Assembly: GCF_009914755.1 (NCBI RefSeq)
Contig: NC_060935.1
Source: the human T2T-CHM13v2.0 reference genome, Homo sapiens
Reading direction: 5' to 3' (one strand)
Length of the DNA stretch: 64,000 nt
Below the pieces are notes generated by a model that worked only from the letters and a program-made list of their open reading frames with translations, was not told the DNA's origin and searched no databases. Position numbers and translations under genes: made by a program. Shown in pieces: positions 10,791 through 21,899 of the stretch (position 1 is its first letter; each line of letters begins with the position of its first letter).

Positions 10791-12408
10791 CACCGCCAGG
10801 CACAGTTTCCTCTCTTGCGGAAGGGCAGTGGCCAACTCTGCTTCCTTCTGGCTTCAGGCAATCGGTGGGGACAGAACCAGCAAGTCACACCAAAGGGGAG
10901 GACCCCGGGCATCAGCTCTTCTGCTGCCTCCCTCCGGCCACTGTCATCGGCAGCATGTGGGGTGTGTGGCACGCTAGCGTGGAGCTCATCTGAACGGACC
11001 CAGGAGGCCTGCTCGTGGCTCTTCAGGAGTTCTCATGGGCAAATGGCACCAGGCACACAGCAATTGCTGAGGGTCGGGGGAGGAAACCAGCACACACGCA
11101 GTCGCTCAGAGGGGGCTGCTTAGAGGAGTCTGGGGTCAAACTGTGAGAAGAGCAACGTGGAAGAAAGCGGGATGGGTGTCTACGGTTCTGACCTAGACAG
11201 AGGACTTAATTCATCCTATGGGCAGTCAAGTTTTGGAAACTGAGGCCTTGAGAGGAAGTTTGGAGCCACTTTGTCCACCTCTCTGCCACCCAAATCATCC
11301 CAAGGCCGCAGAGGACCTGTGCCCTTGGACAGTCCCCATACATTAGGGCACGGCTACTGCGTGTGCTCCTGGGCTTCGCCCTTCCCATTGGCTTCAGGGC
11401 GTCTGCAATTTTGGGTCCTAAAGGCCTCCTGGTGACCCTAACTTCACTCAGCTGCAGCTTTCATTCGCTTGCTCTTGGCATGCTCTGGGGAGACAGAATG
11501 CCAAGTCCCCAGCCTCAGGCAGCACCATCAGTGCTTAGCAAACAGCCTGACGTCTCCAGCGCTGGAGCTCTGCCAAGAACGCAATCGACACGATATCATG
11601 TCGCTTTATATATAGTAGTTTTAACCCCTCTGGAGTGATGTATTTGCAAGATAACAATGATTCTGAACTGACAAGCACAGAGAAGAGGCCCTAGGGTCGG
11701 GAGGAGAGGATGATGTCAGGAAGACAGGCGCCAAGTGCCAGCCACGGGCAGTGGGCTGCCGCAATGTTGAGCTTGGCCCTTCCTCATGGAAGCTTCAGGA
11801 ACAGCTATGGGTTTGCAGGACTTGGTATTTGACTGTGAGGAGCAGCACGACTTCAGGCTGTGATTTTTGGACACTGCCTGCATCTTGGGGTTACAGGCAC
11901 TCACCACCTCTCTCTGCATGGGCTTGGTGCTGCCTTCTTGTTTATCACACTGCCAGGTGGTATCATGCACGCTGCAAACGAACAGCTGCCTGACCCCACG
12001 TGAGCCTGTGCATGTAAGTGGGGGAGGGGGCAGAAAAGAGCACGAGACAAAGTGCTGAAGAGCTGGGGCAGCCAGCTGTGGGGTGCGTGGCAGGTTTGGG
12101 AGTGAGAGGGAAAGGCGACCCAGGACCCAGAGCCAGGGGAAAGGAGTTCTACCCCTAGTTCTTCCACTAGTTCTTCACGGGACTTTTCCTCTCTCCAGCC
12201 CTATTTCCACCAGGTAGCACTAGATCAGGGTTTCCTACACAGGAAAAGAAGAGAGGCAAACAATATACTCTCTGTGAAAGGGTTTAAAACACACTGCAGG
12301 CCAGAAATCCTATTCCTCCCCCACCATCCACTTCAGAATGGTCGCTTTCCTTGCATGTCATGAAATGGCATGTGAAGTTGTACATGCGTGTCTTTCTGTG
12401 TATGTGTG

Positions 12409-12990
12409 TGTATTAATGATGTTTGTTTTTTAAGTTTTTCTGTATTTTAAGATGCGTCGACATCTTGGGGGACTTGCAGATATGGGGAGGGACTGCCCCT
12501 CCCGGGACTAGCTAATTCCTAGTGACAGTACACACCTTGCCTGCAAACACACTTTTCATATGCAAACTACCTGATCTAGAGCTCATACCCACTACCACCT
12601 TTATGGAGCTCTCCCACCCAAGCCAATCTTCCGCTGCCCTAAACCACCCCAGGGCGATACCAGACAATTAGAAACCACACCCATATCCTAAACCCACTGA
12701 CTTTCTTCAGACTATGCAATTCTGGGCCAGCTCAGCTGCCGACAGTGCTTCGCCCTTCCCTTCCTATGAAAACCACTTTCCTTCCTACCAAAACCACACT
12801 AAAGACTCCCACTCCCTCCACTTCCCACCTCCCCCTCCCTTCACTTCCCACCTCCGACCTCAGCACTTCCCCAGGGGGCAGGGCGTGCCCCCTCCTCTTG
12901 GGTGCTGAGAGTAACAAGCTCTTCTTTCAAGGCAACTGTCTTGGTGTCTGCCAACCTACCATCCCAGGCATCTTAAAACTGTGTGGGTAG
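12409..12990 (+). mobile_element. Solo ERVL-class LTR (MER74-like)
   Basis: Begins tgtattaat...ctgtatt...gacatcttggggg...ggagggactgcccctccc...ctagctaattcctag...catatgcaaac, resembling the MER74 family as I recall it. Confidence 0.65.
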
Positions 12991-13162
12991 CTTCCATTAG
13001 CTTCCCATTCCCAAAGGGGTGCAAGACTCATGAAGGGGCCTAGATGATCCCGTGGTTCCTCCTAGCTGCTAAGTGAGTGCAAGCAAGAACCCTGCGTGTC
13101 AGCTGTGGTCACTGTCACTACCAAGGCCCAGCTGGGCAGGCAGGGCATGCGTGCGTGCTCAC

Positions 13163-13274
13163 CCTTATGTACCGCGAGCAGGGGTGCGAGGGTGCTCTGG
13201 TGCCAGACAGTGATGAGCAGAGTCCAGGGCAGCACGATGAGGACGATCGCTAGGATGTCCCGTCTCTTCGGCAT
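13163..13274 (-). CDS. B3GAT1: B3GAT1 first coding segment of the 334-aa form (MPKRRDILAIVLIVLPWTLLITVWHQSTLAPLLAVHK)
   Basis: ATG at 13274; short basic cytosolic tail followed by a type II TM helix; donor AAG G|gtgagc at 13162, phase 1, matching the next exon. Confidence 0.97.
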
Positions 13275-13555
13275 CTCCAAGGCTGGCTGCACCCACGGCT
13301 CCTCATTACCTGAGTGGCGGTAAGTTCAGGAGAGGGGCGGCCACGGGCGGCGGCAGCACAGGGGAGAAAAGAACAGGCATGGGCCGGGCCGGCCAGGCAT
13401 GGAGAGGACAGAGCAGCTGAATGTTGGCTAGCAGGTCTTACCAGCACTCACAACCCACCCATTGCGGAAGCAGGTTTGGAGAGTCCGGCCCAACTGGAGT
13501 CTGAGAAGGGGTCGCTGTCCAGGGGCAGGGGTCAGGAACCCTGGGGGGTGGACAC
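13275..13555 (-). other. B3GAT1: 5' part of B3GAT1 exon 2, containing an alternatively spliced internal intron (13310-13458/13451/13441)
   Basis: Acceptor cttctgctctctcttgcag|GTG at 13555; internal donors ATGG|gtgggt, TT|gtgagt and CTG|gtaaga; internal acceptor ccactcag|GTAATG at 13309. Confidence 0.85.
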
Positions 13556-13779
13556 CTGCAAGAGAGAGCAGAAGCGGATAGCCAGAGACCCAGGTATAGG
13601 AATGGATGCCAGCAAGGCTGGGCCCTGCTCTGGGACACACAGCATCGGGGGTTCCACAATGGAGCCTCAACTGTCCATCACCTGAGGACCTCTTTTGTCT
13701 GCCTGTTAGAGTGGAATGGGCTCTGTCCTTCCCACAGGCACAGGGCCATGGCTCTGCTCCATTTATGAAAGTCAGTAGG

Positions 13780-13975
13780 GTGCAGGGGTCAGAAGCACAG
13801 ACTGCAGAGACACCAGGTTTAAATCCCAACTGTGCCACCCACAGGCTGTAAGACCTTTGCCAAGTCATTTCCGTTCTCCATGCCACAGTTTTCCCATCTA
13901 TAAAATGGGGCACTGTGGATCCCTACCTCATAAGGTCATTCTCAGAATTAAACAGGGTAACTCCCGTGCAGCCCT
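13780..13975 (+). mobile_element. MIR
   Basis: ggtttaaatcccaactgtgccac...cagttttcccatctataaaatgggg...cctacctcataagg. Confidence 0.75.
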
Positions 13976-14082
13976 AAAATGCCAGCTACTTATCAAAGCC
14001 TGGATAAAGGGGTGAGAGGTTTTATTTTCTCTCTCTCTTTTTTCTTTTTTTTAACCATATATGGACCACGAATTATTATATT

Positions 14083-14808
14083 AAAAATAATTTCAACATT
14101 TTAGATTTGGGGGCACATGTGCAGGTTTGTTATGGGTCATATTGCATGTGATGCTGAGATCTGGAGTATGATGAATCCCGCTGCCCAGGTATGAGCATAG
14201 TACCCAACAGGGCGTTTTTCAGCCGTTCTTCCTTTGAGAGTCCTCAGTGTGTATTCTTCTCATGTTTACAGTCATGAGTACCCAGTGTTTAGCTCTCACT
14301 CATAAGTGAGAATGCATCGTGTTTGGTTTTCTGTTCCTGTGTCAATTTGCTCAGGATAATGGCCTCCAGCTGCATCCAGGCTGCTGCAAAGGCCATGATT
14401 TTGTCCTTTTTTATGGCTGTGTAGTATTCCTTGCTGTATATGCACCATGTTTTCTTTACCCAGTTCACCACTGATGGGCACCTAGATTGATTCCATGCCT
14501 TTGCTATTGGGAATAGTGCTGCGATGAACATACAGGTGCAGGTGTTTTTTTTGTGAAACACTTTATTTTCCTTTGGATACATACCCAGTAATGGGACTGC
14601 TGGCTAGAATGGCAGCTCTGTTTTAAGTTCTTGAGAGATCTCCAAATTGCTTTCCATAGTGGCTGAACTAATTTACATTCCCACCAACAGAGTATACGTG
14701 TTGCCTTTTCTCTGCAGCCTCATCAGCATCTAATATTTTTTGGCTTTTTAGTAATAGCCATTCTGACTGGTGTGAGATAGTATCTCACTGTGGTTTCAAT
14801 TTGCATTT
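14083..14808 (-). mobile_element. 5'-truncated older primate L1 (L1PA15/16- or L1PB-like) 3' end
   Basis: ORF2 C-terminal remnants in the ORF track (CMFIAALF..AK.WNQSRCPS; [11 protein letters not shown]) plus an L1 3' UTR. Confidence 0.9.
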
Positions 14809-15510
14809 TGGTGACAGTCTTTTGAGGACAAAGAAGAGATGTTTCTGGGATGGTCCCTGGGGGGAAGTACGAGAGTGCCTTCCTCTTCCGTGTCAATAGG
14901 ACATCCTTGTGGAGCACCGCTCTGTGCAGGACAGAGCACCAGGTGCTGGGCTGGGCAGCAGCAAGAAGAGGGGTCCCCGCAGGGGCTGCCACATTGAGGG
15001 GAGACAGTCCTCCAAAATGAGAACAGCAGGGGGCCCAAGTGAGGAGAATGAGCCACTGGGATTCCTCAGTCCTGCAGAGGGTCCACTGGTAGCATCTCTG
15101 GGAACCGTTCTCTCACATGGCAAGGACACTGGGCGAAGAGACCTCCTGACCGCCTTGGAAACTGTCACATCCTCTTCTCCTCCCTTTTCACTTCTGTGCT
15201 GAGCACCATGCATGATGCAGCAGGGACCCGTGGGGGTGGTGGGGAGGGCAGGCAGCCTCGGGCAGCCCAGCCAGCCTCGCTGTGCCCACCCGTCCCAGTG
15301 CCCAGTGTTGGATACGGACAGTACCTCACCTGGGGGCCATGCTGCCTGCTCCTGCCCCAGCTCACGTGTGCTCACCATTTCAGGCAGAGTCGAGTGCTAT
15401 GGCCGAGGAGGGTTTTTAGCCCCTGAGTTTCCAAAATAGCGTGTTTTCCTCTCCTCACCGGGTCCTCTCTCCAAATAGTTCTGACGCCTGTGGAAGACCA
15501 GGATTTGTCT

Positions 15511-15598
15511 TCCATTAAGGAGCACTGTGGTTTCCCGGGACGGCCGGCATCCCCTCCATTAAGGAGCACTGTGGTTTCCCAGGACGGCCGGCATCCCC
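15511..15598. repeat. 44-bp tandem duplication (2 copies, 1 mismatch)
   Basis: tccattaaggagcactgtggtttccc(g/a)ggacggccggcatcccc x2. Confidence 0.95.
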
Positions 15599-17804
15599 TG
15601 CCCACACCCCGCCATCAGAGGCCCACTCCATCCAGAGAGTCTCCCCCACCCATTCCCCGGGGAGTGGAAGACCCACTGGGGTTCAACGTCACAGGCACGT
15701 AGTTCCCCTAGTGGACATTCTAGGCCGTGTGTGTCTGTGTCCGCCCGTAAACTCCTCTTTGCTGGCCCAGTGAGGGACAGAGCCTAGAACCCCACACGGG
15801 ATGCCTGCTGGGTCTTGTGGTCTGAGATGCAAGTGACTTCATGCCACATCCCCCAGATTTAGCCTGTCCCTCCACACCCAGGCCACTGCTGGGGCTGCAT
15901 GGGGCTGCGTGTCAAGACACGTTTTGGTTCTTTGGCCAAGACACGTTTGGATCTTAGGCCACATCTGATGAAGGATGGGGAGGCTGGGCCTGGCTGGGGC
16001 TTCAGAAATGTCCAGGAAGATTTCTTCTGTGTTCTCAGAGACTCTCGAAGGAGCTTTCTCAAGTGCTCCTGGTGTTGGTGCAGGTTCTAATACCAGGATG
16101 GAGAAAGCCAAGGAGAGAAGATGAGTGTCCTGCCAGCTCAGTCCCTGTGGGCCACTGCCTTTCCTTTGGGGCAGCCTCTCAGCCCCCGCTTGCACTGTTG
16201 TTTATACAAACTTCCCTATAGCATGAGAGATGTCCGAAGATGAGGCTCAGCTCTTCACATGCACCTGCTCCTGCAACGTCACAGCAGCCCTGTGCAGTAG
16301 GCATGGCTGTGGTCCCTGTGGGTTCATCGAGGCCAGAGAAGGGGAGTAACTTGCCTGAGGTCAACCATTAGGAAATGGTGGAGCTGGAATTGAGTCCAGG
16401 CCATCTGGCTCTATGCTGTCATCGGGGGCATAGGATAAGAGGTCCCAGGCCTCCAAGCCTCTCGAACCTGGGCCAGGCGCAGGGTGGGTAAGGGGCACAC
16501 ACAGGCCAAATGCTTCCTCTGGCCTGGACCACAGCCACCCTCCTCTGCAATGGCTGCCCCCACTGCAGGGCCCTAGCACCTGCTTGGAGGCTGAAGCAGG
16601 AAGGAGGGGCGGGAAGGGAAGAGAGGGGAGGATGGGGCCTGTGGGCAAGGGTGCCGTGGGGTGCCTTCTGCTCCCATCCAGTCTTTTTGGTCAAAACATC
16701 TATGAGAGAAAAGGGAGGGGGAGAGAGGGAGAAAACCTCTAAAAATAAACTCAGCAATAAACCCAGTTGTGCATTAATTACTCTGGAAGCCATTATGGCT
16801 TGAAAACCCCATAACTTTAATGGAGGCTATTATAAGCATAGTAGCAAAATCGTGGAGCTAATTACCAGGCAGTTATCAAGCAGAACACAGAGAGCCCCCA
16901 GCCTGGAGAACGCCAGCTGGCCGGCAGGGGGCAGGTCGTGGGATGTGATGCCTGGGCTGGGCAGGGGCTTGGGGCCAGGCAGCGGGTGGGCTGCACCTGC
17001 CCCCAGCTCTGGGCCCCAGTCTGAGACGGGGCTGCAAGGTTGGCCAGCACTGGTCCCCTCTCGCAGCCTGCTGCTTCTGCCTGGGGCTTGGAGGAGGGCG
17101 GTGTTTGTCTGTGGTCGCAGGCTGTCTCTAACAAGGACCCCAGAATGGCTTCTAGGACCTTGGGTCAGGCAGAAGAATCAGCACAAAGGTGCAGGAGTGG
17201 CTTGGCCACACCCAGGAGAGCCCAGGAGATGGAGGCAAGCACGGGGAAGAATGGGGTGCTGGAGGAGGAGATGGGTGGAGGCACAAGGGGGACTTCGTGG
17301 AGAGGCAGGACGCGGCGTGGGCAGTGTGTGTGAGTGTAGGGCCCAGGCCTGCCGTGGTCACAACTCCCATCCTGACACTTGCACCATATCTGTGACCAAC
17401 CTCAGATCTCAGGCGTCTCGGCAAGTAGAGACACAAAAGGCTGTGCCCTGCCCTCCCCGGGTGCCCTCAGAGCCTCAGAGGGAAGCAAGCACTTCCCTGT
17501 GGGAGAGTGGAGGGTGGTTCCCAGATGGGGAGCAGAAGCTGGGGCAGCACATGGGAGTGGGAGGGTGGCGGCCTGGACGTGTCCGGCAGGTGCTCCACGG
17601 GGACCTGGGTCATGCTGATTGCCCTCCTTGACCTCGTCTTTACAATAGGGAGGTTGAGCTGGAAGTTTCAACGATCCTGCCATTTTAGCAACTGGAGGTT
17701 ACCATAGGGCTCTGCGAAGATGAAGGGATGTCCTATGTGAGGAAAGTGTAGCTCAGTGGGCACCTAGGGCCAGAGGCGAGGCAAGAGCGCCAACAAAACA
17801 GCCT

Positions 17805-17931
17805 CCGTGGAACTGAGTCCTGACTTAAGGGCCAGCACCCGTGGAACTGAGTCCTGACTTAAGGGCCAGCACCCATGGAACTGAGTCCTGACTTAAGGGC
17901 CCGTGGAACTGAGTCCTGACTTAAGGGCCAG
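17805..17931. repeat. 34-bp minisatellite, ~4 copies
   Basis: ccgtggaactgagtcctgacttaagggccagcac at 17805, 17839, 17873 and 17901; the third copy is 6 bp short. Confidence 0.95.
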
Positions 17932-17989
17932 TATGCCTATGGAGATCGGCCATACTGGGAACACCTCTCTGCAGGAATTTGTGGCATTT

Positions 17990-18283
17990 GGTTTTGTTTT
18001 GAGAGACAGGGTCTCACTCTGTCACCCAGGCTGGAGTACAGTGCCATGATCACAGCTCTCTGCAGGCTTGAGTTCCGGAACTCAAGTGATCCTCCTGCCT
18101 TAGCCTCCCAAGTAGCTGGGACCACAGGTACCTGCCACCATGTCCAGCTAATTTAAAATTCTTTTTTGTAGAGACAGGGTGTCACTATGCTGTCCAGCTG
18201 GTCTCAACCTACTGGGCTCAACAGATCCTCCTGCTTTGGCTTCCCAAAGTGCTGAGATTACAGGTATGAGCCATGGCACCTCC
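17990..18283 (-). mobile_element. Alu, AluJ-like
   Basis: gagacagggtctcactctgtcacccaggctggagtacagtg...cccaaagtgctgagattacagg; heavily diverged with J-type features. Confidence 0.92.
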
Positions 18284-18524
18284 AGAGAGGAATTTGTCTA
18301 TGGGTTTTAGGGTGCTGTGCGCTGTGAATAAGGACTAGGGGGTGTCTGGGACTCAGATGGGAAGGCTCTGATTGACCCAGGCTGGGGCAGAACATGTGAG
18401 GCTGGAGCATGTGCAGGGGTGGTTCAAGGCTGGCCAATTGTAAAAGCATGGAAAGGTTTTCTTCTGAGCCTGCAGGTGTTCAAACGAAGGCCTCAGCAAT
18501 GCCTCAGGCCCTGAGGAGAGGAGC

Positions 18525-18600
18525 TTATTTAATTTCACTCAACAAATATTAATTGAGCATCTGTAGCAGGCAAAGCACTGTGTTGGATTCTGTGGGCAAT
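18525..18600 (-). mobile_element. L2 3'-end fragment
   Basis: cactcaacaaatattaattgagcatc...gcactgtgttgg. Confidence 0.6.
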
Positions 18601-19924
18601 CCAGGGTGGGGAAGCTTTGCTCAGTCCAGAGCGGAAGAGACGACACAGCTCGCTCCAGTGCAGGTGACGTGTGAACGCAAAATGTTCCCAAAGGCCTGCA
18701 TGCGTGTGCGTGGTAGGTTACAAACAAGCTCAGACACTGTCCGAGGTACTCATCCCTGGAGGACGAGAAAGGCCTTTTTACCCAGTAAGATGGGAACAGT
18801 AGTTAAGTGGTTCATCAAAAAAGTCCATTAAGGCGAAGAATCTTTCCAAATGATACATACATGCCATACATTTCAATGTAAGTAACTCGCAGAGCCAGTT
18901 GTCCCATAGATGATGTTTCCCCAGGACTGCACAATGCATGCTAATTTTTCCCAAATCCGAACGACCCATCCTTGCTGGCTCTCAGCACTTCCGCTCAGCC
19001 GACACGGGGTCAGGGAGGTCTGTGCTGACCGTCTGACATCAGCCACATCGCAGCATCCCGCTGCGATCTCGTTTTGATTTCTTCAAAGTGATTCAAGGGC
19101 TGAGGAGCACTTGGTGAGCAGTCTGAGTGTAGCACCCTTTAGAATATGACTTTTCCCTGCCAGCCTTTACCTAACTTGGAGAACTTTTTTCTGGACTCAC
19201 CTTATGAAATTTTCATAGAAACAACACATTTACTTCAACACGCTATTTCAACAGTTTACATGACATTCTGTGATGACAGTAGCAAGCGAGACGGTGAGTG
19301 CTGTGAACAGGCTGGGAACCGGCGTCACTGACTCTTGAGGGCGTGGGCTCAGTGGTGACAGCAGAGGGAGCCCCAGGCATCACACGGCGCCGGTCAGTGT
19401 GCTGTGCGGACCGGGTGCAGGACACCAACCTGCTGGTTAAGACAGCTGCTGTTCATATCATCTCTGTCACCCAGGAACCCCAGTGCCCCCAAAGAGAGGG
19501 AGGGACAGGCTTTGTCCCACAGATCTCCAGGTGCCCCTAATGGGATCAGCGGATTAGTATTGATTCTGCAGGCGCTGCTCAGGAAACGCCTGATGCCACA
19601 GCTAATCAGCTCCCAGCCCAGTCAATCCATACTTCATTAACCTAACCCCGGCCCTCCTGCCCCCAGCACCACCGCCTCCCGGGCCCACCACAGCCCTGCT
19701 GGGGGGCAGGACACAGGCACTGACCTCACACCATATAGGAGCCACTTTCCCAGGCCCCTGCTCCTCCTTTGCCCTGGTCACCGACTGCAGAGGGCTGGGG
19801 AGGGGCCCCATAGCAGATTCCACTCTGAATCTTACATTGAAACAGTAAGACTCCCTTTTCCATAAAGCCCAGTCCCTCGATGTTCAGAGCAGCCACAGCA
19901 TGAGGCAGACACACAGATCTCGTC

Positions 19925-20030
19925 CCCATTTTGCATGTGAGGACACCAAAGCTCAGAGAACCTGAGTGATCGGCCTAAGGTCACTGCGTTAGGTGTCAGC
20001 AGAGCTGCTCAAACTCGGGCCTTGGCCTCT
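19925..20030 (-). mobile_element. MIR fragment
   Basis: ccccattttgcatgtgaggacaccaaagctcagaga...cctaaggtcac. Confidence 0.6.
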
Positions 20031-21371
20031 GTGTCCAGTGCCACCCGTGCCCACACCACGTCCCCCTGCAGACCCTCCCCTGGCCCACCCTCGTGCCCAC
20101 CCACTGGGCAACCCTGCTCCAGGGCCAGAGCCCCCTGACCTTTCATCCCCTGCATGGCCTACCTCAGTGGTCGGGCCGAGTGCCCCCAGGAAGGCACTGC
20201 TGCTCTCCCCCCACCCTGCCCTCGCCTTGCTCATGGAGGAAGAGTGGCAAGCTTGGGCCCTGGGATGTCTGCACTCTGCTTCCCAGCCTGGGTCACTGCA
20301 GGCTCACGCTTGGGACTGCTGATGGAAGGGCAGCGTGAATTCCAGAGCTCAAACCATCTTGTTCCCTTCTAACTGGGAAAACCCAGCCAAGGACTTGGGC
20401 AGAAGGAAGTATTAGTTTTGTTCTGATTTGGTGCAGAGAATATTTTCACGCTTTGGTTTTCTTCCAGCATCAGAAATGTAATTCACTGACTTTTTTTAGG
20501 TAGTTCCTTTGTTTTTCTTTTTTTCAGAAATAGTCTTTGGCTTTGATTTTGATTATGATTCAGTAAAAAATGGAAACTGGGGTTTGGCTTAGTATAGTAC
20601 TCTGCAAGTCAAAGTCCATTCTGGCTAACTGCAGGAATCTCAACCGAATACACTGTTGGCCCCGGCTGGTGTCACTGAAGTTCCCTGAATCATGTAGCTA
20701 GTGGTCTTCAGGCAGCAGTTCATCCACTCACCCCAGAGCCTCCATGCAGGAGGCCCTGAAGCAAGAATTGGGGCTTCACCGTGTGACGACATCACTTGCT
20801 GCTGCTCTCTGCTGGGGCACGCCCGGGGGCGGGTGGGGAAGCGGGGATGGGCACACAGATGCTCTGCAGGGGGACGGACAGCCGGAGAGGGAGCGGCAGC
20901 TGGAGAGAAGGCTAGCTGAAGGAAGCAAACCTGATAAAGGATTGTGGGACGCTGGACAATGGTGAGCCAGGCCCATGGAAGACCCCAGAGAGGAGCCATC
21001 CCACAGCAGGTCATGATGGGTGATGGGAGTGGGGGTGCTTCTGCTTGGCCGAGTGGAGGAAGGCGTTCGGCAGGAATGTGCTAACCATGACCGGACGATG
21101 GTGCACAGAGCACCACTTGGCCACTTGACCCCTGCCTGCGTGATAGGGATTACTGAGGGTCATGCTATCTTTGGGATTTGTGGGACTGGCAAGTAGTCCT
21201 TGTACAGAACCCTGGAGCCCAGCCTGGGATTGGGGGAGAAGTCTGGTATTGAAAGGTCCTCGCTCCCCAACCTCCTTTGCCCTCCTTCCTTGCTACCTTT
21301 CCATCCTTGCCCTAGGCCCATTCTAAAAGCCAGGCCCACTTTTGGAAGGAAATGTCCCCACTCCCAAGACA

Positions 21372-21899
21372 AGTATATTCATTTCCTATCCTATTGCTAT
21401 CTAACCAATTCCTACACACTTGGCAGAGGACAGCCCCCATTGGCTCTCTTCAGTTCCTAAGGGTCAGGAGTCCAGGGTCTCAGAAGGCTGCGAAGTATTG
21501 GCAGGGCTGTGTCCTCATCTGGAGGGCTGACTGAGGAAGACTCTGCTTCCAAGCTCACTTGGGTGGTGGTGGGAATGCGGGCCATGGCTTCCTGCTGGCT
21601 GTTAGCTGGGACTGCCCTCAGCTCCTGGGGGCTGCTTGCAGATCCTTGCCACATCGGTTTCTCCAACATGGCCACTTACTTCGTCAATCCAGCAAGGAAG
21701 GGATCTAGAGCCAATCTGCTAGCAGATGGAATCTTACAGAGCACAGTGTAATCCTGGGAGTGATGGCCCAATGCTTTTGCACAGTCTGCTGGCTAGGAGC
21801 TGGTCACGAATGCCATCCACACCAAAGGTGAGGACTGCACGAAGGCATGAGCACCGGGGGGTGGGGCTTCCAAGGATACCTGAGAGTCTGTCCCCCACA
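21372..21899 (-). mobile_element. MaLR LTR (MLT1F-like)
   Basis: cagttcctaagggtcaggagtcc...catctggagg..ctgactgaggaagactctgcttccaagctcact...ctccaacatggccacttacttc, typical of reversed MLT1. Confidence 0.75.

Noticed and set aside
16852-17631. 259-aa + strand ORF
   Set aside because: Non-ATG start, low-information G/R/W-rich sequence, and no family resemblance.
19047-19067. Perfect hairpin ATCGCAGC-atccc-GCTGCGAT followed by T-rich sequence (terminator-like)
   Set aside because: Several 8-bp stems are expected by chance in 64 kb, and intrinsic terminators do not apply to Pol II introns.
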